DNA of 64,000 nt from Phycisphaerae bacterium (GTDB taxonomy: Bacteria > Planctomycetota > Phycisphaerae > UBA1845), in the NCBI GenBank assembly GCA_963666835.2, contig CAXXGO010000006.1:2240001-2304000 (forward strand). Reading direction: 5' to 3'. The stretch's first letter is position 1, and each line of letters starts with the position of its first letter. The notes below the pieces were generated by a model. The model did no database searches. It was not told the DNA's origin and saw only the letters and a program-made list of their open reading frames with translations. Shown piece by piece: positions 56,842 through 64,000 of this stretch. Both the position numbers and the translations under genes were made by a program.

Positions 56842-58005
56842 TTGAGCGCGGGCATGGCCGGAGATCGTTCGACGTTGCGAATCTGCATGGTCGCTCATAA
56901 TGCCTACGGCGCCTTGGCGGGGAGTGTACGGGGGCACATCGGTGGCGTGGAGTGGCAGACGAGCTTGATGGCGAAGCAGTTGGTCCGGAGAGGTTTCCAG
57001 GTGGTGGTGCTGGTTTGGGGCGAGGGGCCGGCTGGGGACGAAACTACATGCGACGGGGTCCGGATCATCAAGATGTGTCGGCAAACGGAGGGGCTACCCG
57101 GTTTGCGGTTCTTTCACCCCCGATGGAGTAGCTTGACCCGGGCGTTGGCCCGGGCGGATTGCGACGTGTATTACCATAATTCTGCCGAGTGTGTTACGGG
57201 CCAAATAGCTCTCTGGTGTCGGCGGCATGGGCGCCGGTTTGTGTATTCAGTGGCCAGCGATATGGACTGCGATGTGGCGTTGCCGGACCTGCCGGGTTTG
57301 CGGGAGCGAGTGCTGTACCGGCTCGGCCTGCGCCGCGCTGATCGAATAATCGCCCAGACGCGCACGCAGCAGGCGATGTTGCGGACCGGTTTCGGACGCG
57401 ATTCGGTGGTTATCCCGATGCCGTGTGCGGGGCCGCGCAGCGGAGAGTATGTGCCGGTTTCACCGCCGGCTGTCGGGCCGCCGCGGGTTTTGTGGGTGGG
57501 CCGGATCGCGCCGGTTAAGCGGGTAGAGCTGTTGTGGGATGTTGCCGCCGCAATGCCTGACGTGTGTTTCGACGTTGTCGGCCCATTGGAGCCGGAAACT
57601 GTTTACACTCGCGAGCAATGCCGGATCGCGGGGGACTTGCCCAATGTGACGCTTCATGGGCGGATTGCACGGGAACGAATGCCGGACCTGTATCGCCAAG
57701 CTTCGTGCCTCTGCTGCACCTCGCGTTTCGAAGGGTTTCCCAACACGTTCTTAGAAGCGTGGAGTTATGGCATCCCGGTTGTATCGACGTTTGATCCGGA
57801 CGGATTGATCGCAGAGCGGGGTTTGGGGGTCGCGGCGTCCGATGTCGCAGGTCTTGTGCGGGGAATTCGAGGGTTGCTGGCATCGCCGGAGCGATGGCGC
57901 GAAGCCGGCGATAACGCGAGACGGTATTACTCGGAGAACCACACGGTGGAAGCGGTTTTGCCCCGATTCGAGCAGGTCTTTCGGGAAGGTCTGAGGAGCG
58001 CATAG
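56842..58005 (+). CDS. Glycosyltransferase family 4
   Basis: WVGRIAPVKR, EGFPNTFLEAWSYGIPVV. Confidence 0.9.
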   Translation: MSAGMAGDRSTLRICMVAHNAYGALAGSVRGHIGGVEWQTSLMAKQLVRRGFQVVVLVWGEGPAGDETTCDGVRIIKMCRQTEGLPGLRFFHPRWSSLTRALARADCDVYYHNSAECVTGQIALWCRRHGRRFVYSVASDMDCDVALPDLPGLRERVLYRLGLRRADRIIAQTRTQQAMLRTGFGRDSVVIPMPCAGPRSGEYVPVSPPAVGPPRVLWVGRIAPVKRVELLWDVAAAMPDVCFDVVGPLEPETVYTREQCRIAGDLPNVTLHGRIARERMPDLYRQASCLCCTSRFEGFPNTFLEAWSYGIPVVSTFDPDGLIAERGLGVAASDVAGLVRGIRGLLASPERWREAGDNARRYYSENHTVEAVLPRFEQVFREGLRSA

Positions 58006-58024
58006 CCGCCACAATGTACGGGAG

Positions 58025-59164
58025 ATGTTGGTGAAGCTTGTTGTTGCGACATCGTTTCCGAAGGATCCGAGCCGGCCGTTCGGCGGCGTGGAGGCGGTCA
58101 GTGTCAACTTGGTCAAGGGACTGGCGGAGCTGGACGACCTTGACGTACACGTGGTAACGACCTGTCGGTCATGCGAATCGCCAACGCAATCGCAATGGTG
58201 CGGAGCTGCGGTCCATCGGCTGCCTTGGGAGGGACGCAATGTACTAACGCACGTTGTGGGCCCGGGACGGCGGCGCGTGCGTGAGTACGTAGCCGGGCTG
58301 GACCCCGACGTTATTCACGCTCACGACATCTACGGGATTATGGTCAAACAGATGGCGATTCCTCGTGTCTTCACTATCCACGGGTTCATCCATGCTGATA
58401 CGCTGGAAGCTCAAGCGAGGTTTGCCCGCGTGCGATCACGGATTTGGCGATCCGTGGAACTTGCGGGGTGGGCGGATCAGCCGCACATAATCTCAATCAG
58501 TCCGTACGTGCGAGAGCGACTCTCCGGAATCGCGAAGGGGGTCATTCACGATATTGACAATCCGATCGCAGAGGGCTTTTTCGATATCGCTCGCGTGGAG
58601 CAGAAGGGGGTCATCTTCAGTGCCGGCTTGATCTGCCCGCGCAAGAACCAATTGAAGCTCGTTGAGGCGGTGGGGATTCTGCGGGCTCGCGGGCTTGACG
58701 TCCGCCTCAGATTGGCTGGCGCGGTCGCCGATCGCCAGTATGGTGAGCGCGTTGAGAATCGGATCAACATGCTTGGCCTTGACAAGCACGTGGCTCTTCT
58801 CGGGTCAATCAGCGTAGAGCAGGTGCAGGACGAACTTGCCTCGGCCGGCGTGTTTGCGCTCGTTTCGTTCGAGGAAGGTTCGCCCATGGGAATCGAAGAA
58901 GCCATGGCTGCCGGGGTGCCCGTCGTTACGTCGAACCGTTGCGGAATGCCGTATATGGTGCGCGACGGCGTTTCCGGTTTCCTTGTTGATCCGCATGACG
59001 AAGAGGATATCGCGTGGCGGATCGGGGAAGTTCTGAAGGACGATTCGTTGCGGGCGTCGATGGGGGCGAAGGCCCGGGAGATCGCGCTGGACCGATTCCA
59101 CCCGGCGGCAGTTGCGCAGCGAACGCGGGAGGTGTATCGTCGAGCCGTGCGGAAGCACAGGTAG
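58025..59164 (+). CDS. Glycosyltransferase family 4
   Basis: RKNQLKL, EGSPMGIEEAMAAGVPVV. Confidence 0.9.
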   Translation: MLVKLVVATSFPKDPSRPFGGVEAVSVNLVKGLAELDDLDVHVVTTCRSCESPTQSQWCGAAVHRLPWEGRNVLTHVVGPGRRRVREYVAGLDPDVIHAHDIYGIMVKQMAIPRVFTIHGFIHADTLEAQARFARVRSRIWRSVELAGWADQPHIISISPYVRERLSGIAKGVIHDIDNPIAEGFFDIARVEQKGVIFSAGLICPRKNQLKLVEAVGILRARGLDVRLRLAGAVADRQYGERVENRINMLGLDKHVALLGSISVEQVQDELASAGVFALVSFEEGSPMGIEEAMAAGVPVVTSNRCGMPYMVRDGVSGFLVDPHDEEDIAWRIGEVLKDDSLRASMGAKAREIALDRFHPAAVAQRTREVYRRAVRKHR

Positions 59165-59171
59165 GACACGA

Positions 59172-60407
59172 TTGAACGTGGATGACGTGCGACTTCGACC
59201 GATCCCATATCCGTACCACGCGGCGCTTGCCATCTGCAGCGATTTGGACGAGACGCCGGACAGGCATGTGTATTGGGAGATTGCCAGTTTTCTGAACACC
59301 AATAAGGTTACGTCTATGGGGCCGGGCGTCGGCCTCGAGGTCGGCAATACGATTTATTTTGATATGTCGCCCGATCAGTTTGCCTATTGGAATACTGACG
59401 ATGCCGGTCGCGAGATGGTGCGGACTCTGATCCGAAGCGGACACGTTGACTGCCTGCATTCGTACGGAGACCTTGCGACGACGCGCGCACACGCCGCGCG
59501 TGCCTTGGACGAACTGGACCGGCACGACTGTCGATTGGAGGTCTGGGTCGATCACGCGGTTGCTCCAACGAACTTCGGGGCGGACATTATGAACGGACAC
59601 GGTGACGTGCCGGGGGCACCTGCCTATCATGCCGACCTGAGCTGTGCTTTCGGTGTGAAGTACGTGTGGCGCGGCCGGATCACGAGCGTCGTTGGACAGG
59701 GCGTGCCGCGGAGCGTTGGCGGTATTGCCGACAGGCGGAACATTGTTGGTTCCGGTAGGACCGTGGCCAAGGAGTGCGTCAAGGGCACATTGGCTCGACT
59801 GGGCAACCGCAAGTACGCCATGCATGGTCCGAATGAAGTTCTTCGTCGCACGCGCTTGCGAGACGGAAGAGAAGTACACGAGTTCATGCGGGCGAACCCA
59901 TACTGGGGCGGTGTGGAACACTCGGCCACGTCCGCGGGTCTGGCGGACGTGATGACTGATCGCTTCCTCAAGCGGCTGGTGGAACGTGGAGGCGTTTGCA
60001 TTCTGTATACGCATTTAGGGAAGATCAAGGATCATGAACGCCCGTTCGGCCTTCCGGCGCAGGACGCCTTGCGGAGGCTGGCAGAATATCAGCAAGGCGG
60101 TTCGATCCTTGTGACAACCACGCATAGGCTGTTGGAGTTTCGGCGAGCCGTAACGGAGGCAGACTGGACGGTCCGGTATGAAGATGACGGAGCTCTTTCG
60201 ATCGATCTGAGGCTCGACTCATTGCCGGATCAACGGGCTGCGGTGTCCGCGATAGACGGGTTGACGTGGTATGTTGGCGATTCGGCGGCTGTACGCCTTA
60301 TCGTCAACGGACGCAAGATAGAGGATCTTCGGATCAATCCTCCCGACCAGACCGGCCGAGCAAGCGTTTCGGTTCCTTGGCCGAGGTTGGAGTTCCCGAG
60401 CCTGTGA
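59172..60407 (+). CDS. Hypothetical protein, deacetylase-like barrel; start uncertain
   Basis: PYPYHAALAICSDLD, DCLHSYGD, WVDH, ILYTHLG. Confidence 0.5.
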   Translation: MNVDDVRLRPIPYPYHAALAICSDLDETPDRHVYWEIASFLNTNKVTSMGPGVGLEVGNTIYFDMSPDQFAYWNTDDAGREMVRTLIRSGHVDCLHSYGDLATTRAHAARALDELDRHDCRLEVWVDHAVAPTNFGADIMNGHGDVPGAPAYHADLSCAFGVKYVWRGRITSVVGQGVPRSVGGIADRRNIVGSGRTVAKECVKGTLARLGNRKYAMHGPNEVLRRTRLRDGREVHEFMRANPYWGGVEHSATSAGLADVMTDRFLKRLVERGGVCILYTHLGKIKDHERPFGLPAQDALRRLAEYQQGGSILVTTTHRLLEFRRAVTEADWTVRYEDDGALSIDLRLDSLPDQRAAVSAIDGLTWYVGDSAAVRLIVNGRKIEDLRINPPDQTGRASVSVPWPRLEFPSL

Positions 60408-61729
60408 ACGCTGAATCAACATCTTCTGCCGCTGCGACAGCCGGGTCCGTTGAAATAGCTCGTGCCGACGCGGGTAATGCGTGCGCTTCGCACTCAGGAT
60501 CAGCGGTCCGCAGGTTACGCCGCTTCTTCGTGCATCTTACGCTACGCTGGCTCATGCTGTTTTACGGTATGATGCTCGGATTGGCGAAGATGCTAGGTTA
60601 TCTGATACGTCCGCGCGCTTACACCGGGCGGTGCGAGGTTGTGGTGACCGGGACGTTCTACTCGGACAACTGGATCACCTCACACCTACGCCCGTTGGCG
60701 GCATCCGGAGAGTGTTCACGTTTGTGGGTTGTATCAACGTATCCGATCCCACGAATACCGAATGTTGAAGCGGTTGCCCCGTCTCACTGGCTGCAGCGTA
60801 CTATCGGCAAGGTGCCGGCTCGTTTGATGCTGTTTGCCGTTACTGTGCTAAGACGCAGACCGGCCGTTGTGGGTGGGTTTCATCTTCTGGTGAATGGGCT
60901 GGTCGCCGCGGTATTGGCGCGGCTTGTGCGGGCTCGATCGATGTACTTCTGTGTCGGTGGTCCGATGGAGGTTCTTGACGGCGGGGTCTGGGCGGAGAAT
61001 CGGGTTTTTGGGCTATTGGAGACCCCGGACCCGGTCATCGAACGACGTCTGCTCCGGGCGGTTTCCGCCTTTGATCTTGTAATCACGATGGGGACCCGTG
61101 CCGTGACCTTTCTGAAACACCGTGGCGTGGAGTCCAGCTTTCACGTGGTATCCGGAGGTATCGAGTCACACCGGTTCAGCGGGGCCGACTCGGATCCCTC
61201 GTTCGACCTAATCATGGTCGGACGGCTCGCGTCAATCAAACGCGTGGACGTTTTTCTGCGTACGCTGGCGCATGTGCGAAGAGAACTGCCGGACACCACG
61301 GCCGTGATCGTGGGCGAAGGTCCCCTGCGCGGCTCACTCGAAGAGCTTGCCCATGATCTTGGTCTGCGGGACTGCGTGACTTTTGCGGGTCATCAGAATG
61401 ATGTCGAGAAGTGGCTCAAAAAGGCGCGAATATTCGTGTTATGTTCGGACTCGGAGGGGCTTGCTCTTTCATTGATGGAGGCAATGATGTGCGGATTGCC
61501 GGCCGTCGTGTCGAATGTCGGCGACTTGGCGGATCTCGTCGAAGAGGGCGTCAATGGCTACCTCGTTGAACGCAGATCCCCGGAAGCGGCCGCTGCTCGA
61601 ATTGTCGACCTACTTGGCGACGAGACCAAACGGGCGGCTTTTGCCAGAGCGGCGCACCAGACCGCCCTGCGCCATGACACGGCGAGCGTTACGAGACAAT
61701 GGGATTCGATTCTCGGACAACTTCCGTGA
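60404..61729 (+). CDS. Glycosyltransferase family 4
   Basis: GRLASIKRVD, SDSEGLALSLMEAMMCGLP; GTGA overlap with the previous gene. Confidence 0.88.
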   Translation: MNAESTSSAAATAGSVEIARADAGNACASHSGSAVRRLRRFFVHLTLRWLMLFYGMMLGLAKMLGYLIRPRAYTGRCEVVVTGTFYSDNWITSHLRPLAASGECSRLWVVSTYPIPRIPNVEAVAPSHWLQRTIGKVPARLMLFAVTVLRRRPAVVGGFHLLVNGLVAAVLARLVRARSMYFCVGGPMEVLDGGVWAENRVFGLLETPDPVIERRLLRAVSAFDLVITMGTRAVTFLKHRGVESSFHVVSGGIESHRFSGADSDPSFDLIMVGRLASIKRVDVFLRTLAHVRRELPDTTAVIVGEGPLRGSLEELAHDLGLRDCVTFAGHQNDVEKWLKKARIFVLCSDSEGLALSLMEAMMCGLPAVVSNVGDLADLVEEGVNGYLVERRSPEAAAARIVDLLGDETKRAAFARAAHQTALRHDTASVTRQWDSILGQLP

Positions 61730-61777
61730 GCGGGCTGCTGAAGCGGATGGGGGTCGGGTCGACGGTCAATCCGGTGT

Positions 61778-63304
61778 GTGAAAGCAAGGCGCGACGGCGC
61801 AGTTATGGTTGAGCGGATTACCGACGAGAACGTAGTATCGATCCACGTCGGGCCGGCGTCGTACTCGACGCAGGCGCCGTACCATCCGACGGACGTGTTC
61901 CCGGAATACCCGTTTTCCGGGTCGGTGGATGGCTGCGAGCCGAACCACGCCTATCGCGCGGTCCGGGGTGCGTTGGAGCTTCTGGGGTTGGACCGCGAGA
62001 AGGCCGGCACGGCCGACTGGAACCCGCTGGGGAGCGTATTGCAGCCGGGACAGACTGTGGTGCTCAAGCCTAACTTCGTTAGAGATTTCCGAGAGAGCAA
62101 TCCCGACCACGGAAACTGTCTTATAACGCACGGCGCTGTTATCCGGGCCGCGGTCGATTACGCGTATATAGCGCTGCAGGGTAAAGGGCGGCTCATCATC
62201 GCCGATGCGCCCCAGAACGATGCCGATTTTGAAGCTATCCGTGGCATCGCCGGACTGGATGAGATCCGGAACTTCTATCAGCGCGAGGCCGGCTTCGAGA
62301 TAGAGGTGTATGACCTGCGTCCGGAGCGGGCTCGGAAGATCGACGGCGTGATCGTTGGTCATGTGCCGCTTCCCGGTGATCCGGCCGGTTACGTCAAGGT
62401 CGATCTCGGTCGGCATTCGGCCTTTACGGAGATCAATCACCTGTGTCACCTGCTCTATGGGGCGGAATACGACACCCGCGAGCTGCGCCGGCACCACCAT
62501 GACGATGTGCACGAATATCTGATCTCCAAGACGGTTCTGGATGCCGATTGCGTGATCAGCCTTCCCAAGCTCAAGACGCACAAGAAGGTCGGCCTGACGG
62601 TCAACATGAAGAATCTGGTCGGCATCAACGGTAACAAGAACTGGCTGCCTCACCATCGCGAAGGAACACCCGCCCAAGGCGGCGACCAGTTCCCCGACGA
62701 TCGACTGAAGCATCGGGTGGAACGAGCGGTGGTGGCCTGCTTCAAACGGGTCTTTCCGAAACTCGGTCCGCTGCGCGCCTTCGTCGCGCGGCCGATCAAG
62801 GCGGCCGGGAAGAGTGTTTTCGGCGACACGAACAACGGAGCAATCCGCTCCGGCAACTGGCACGGGAACGACACGACCTGGCGGATGGTGATCGATCTGA
62901 ACCGGATCCTGCTGTACGCAAAGAGCGACGGCACGCTCAGCGACCGCCGCGCGCGGAACTTCTTCAGTATCGTGGACGGTATCATCGGCGGCGAAGGCAA
63001 CGGCCCCCTAGACCCGACCCCGAAACCCTCCGGCATAGTCCTAGCCGGTACAAACCCGGTGGCAGTAGACACGGCGTGTGCGCGAGTGATGGGGTTTGAT
63101 TGTCGGCGGTTGCCGTTGTTGTGCCACGTGGTTCAGGGGGAGCGTCTCTCCCTTGCGGGGTTTGGGCTCGATGATGTAATCGCCCATTCCAATGCCGAGA
63201 GATTCGACCGTGCATTAACTTCGACTATGACGCCCACGCTGGCATTCGAGCCACACGCGGGGTGGAAGGGATATTTAGACATTGGTTCGCGGACGGGCGA
63301 CTAA
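61778..63304 (+). CDS. DUF362 domain protein
   Basis: VVLKPNFV, ISLPKLKTH, NMKNLVG, IVDGIIGGEGNGP, NPVAVD. Confidence 0.85.
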   Translation: MKARRDGAVMVERITDENVVSIHVGPASYSTQAPYHPTDVFPEYPFSGSVDGCEPNHAYRAVRGALELLGLDREKAGTADWNPLGSVLQPGQTVVLKPNFVRDFRESNPDHGNCLITHGAVIRAAVDYAYIALQGKGRLIIADAPQNDADFEAIRGIAGLDEIRNFYQREAGFEIEVYDLRPERARKIDGVIVGHVPLPGDPAGYVKVDLGRHSAFTEINHLCHLLYGAEYDTRELRRHHHDDVHEYLISKTVLDADCVISLPKLKTHKKVGLTVNMKNLVGINGNKNWLPHHREGTPAQGGDQFPDDRLKHRVERAVVACFKRVFPKLGPLRAFVARPIKAAGKSVFGDTNNGAIRSGNWHGNDTTWRMVIDLNRILLYAKSDGTLSDRRARNFFSIVDGIIGGEGNGPLDPTPKPSGIVLAGTNPVAVDTACARVMGFDCRRLPLLCHVVQGERLSLAGFGLDDVIAHSNAERFDRALTSTMTPTLAFEPHAGWKGYLDIGSRTGD

Positions 63305-64000
63305 AGCGCTTTCACGCAAGAACATCTGGGAAGCCCTGCCTCGCCCAGTGAAAACAGTAGCGGGGGCGGCGTTGGGCAGATTCCCCGTGGCGTACCTGCT
63401 GGGTAGCAGTTTTCGGCGACACCGCGCGCTAGCCCGACAAGCAGACCGGTGGAGCGCTGACGAAGCTCGGGATTACCAGTTGGAACGGTGTCGGCGTATA
63501 TGCCGGCTTGCGTATGAGCAGACACCCTATTATCGAAGGAGCTTCGACGAGGTTGGCTTCGACCCACGCGGGATGAACTCGCTAAGCGATCTTCGCTTGT
63601 TGCTGACTATCGATAAGCACGTTGTCCGGGACCACTTAGGCGAGATGTGTACGGTTGCACCGACTTCGCCGGGTGTAGACTTCGTGTCAACGGGCGGCAC
63701 GGGTGGTGAGCCCTTGAACTTCTACATTGGAGCCGGTCGATCGGCCGTCGAATACGCCCACCTCGTAACGAGTTGGGGGCGGGCCGGCTATCGGCTGGGA
63801 ACGCCGATGGCCGTGATTCGCGGCAGGATAGTGCCCGAGAACCGTAGCGGCCTTCGGCATGAGTACGATCCTCTTCTGCGGCATCACTACTACAGCAACT
63901 TCCACATGACCGACGCGAATATGGAGCGGTACCTGCGGCATATTGCCGGGCTGGGACCATGCTACCTGCATGTCTACCCATCGTCCGTGGCGGCCCTCGC
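63282..64000 (+). CDS. Phenylacetate-CoA ligase/CapK-like adenylate-forming protein, runs off the window
   Basis: Hand translation from TTG 63282 is open to the end: YQLERCRRICRLAYEQTPYYR, TIDKHVVRDH, STGGTGGEPL, LHVYPSS. Confidence 0.8.
   Translation, partial: MVRGRATKALSRKNIWEALPRPVKTVAGAALGRFPVAYLLGSSFRRHRALARQADRWSADEARDYQLERCRRICRLAYEQTPYYRRSFDEVGFDPRGMNSLSDLRLLLTIDKHVVRDHLGEMCTVAPTSPGVDFVSTGGTGGEPLNFYIGAGRSAVEYAHLVTSWGRAGYRLGTPMAVIRGRIVPENRSGLRHEYDPLLRHHYYSNFHMTDANMERYLRHIAGLGPCYLHVYPSSVAAL

Noticed and set aside
63305..64000. Non-coding or pseudogene tail of the window
   Set aside because: Hand translation shows an uninterrupted CapK-like frame from 63282 that simply lacks a stop inside the window

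Overview
GC-rich bacterial window; nearly all supportable genes are on the + strand. It is most likely a Planctomycetota/Phycisphaerae-like genome (inferred from dockerin-like tails, PAP/PVP-type PEP-CTERM signals and REP/RAYT relics). There are two parts. (1) About 1-23.3 kb is a repeat-rich array that looks like an undescribed polymorphic toxin/effector system. A near-identical ~560-bp cassette head (hairpin, acidic CC-doublet Cys-rich segment, Ig-like domain ending in PAxGTA) occurs four times. Each copy is fused to a different C-terminus: Ig-only, metzincin protease, putative Cys enzyme, HExxH zincin. A fifth, 5'-truncated module encodes a PAD-type protein-arginine deiminase. Every module is followed by unrelated signal-peptide-bearing, often HEAT-repeat genes (immunity candidates), one of them triplicated and mosaic. 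The heads lack signal peptides and look eroded at the 5' end, like orphan modules. A MITE-like element and a RAYT/REP relic are also present. (2) About 24-64 kb is an exosortase/PEP-CTERM plus exopolysaccharide locus: EpsI, exosortase, TIGR03790-like protein, an RGPP-ending leader-like gene, three PEP-CTERM proteins, a giant TPR protein, a NusG-paralog antiterminator, a heparinase II/III-like protein, Wzc, Wza, a priming transferase, a WecB/TagA GT, GNATs, a radical SAM protein, a deacetylase-sulfotransferase fusion, a flippase, GT4s, DUF362 and a CapK-like ligase. All calls come from motif reading by eye; no searches were run.
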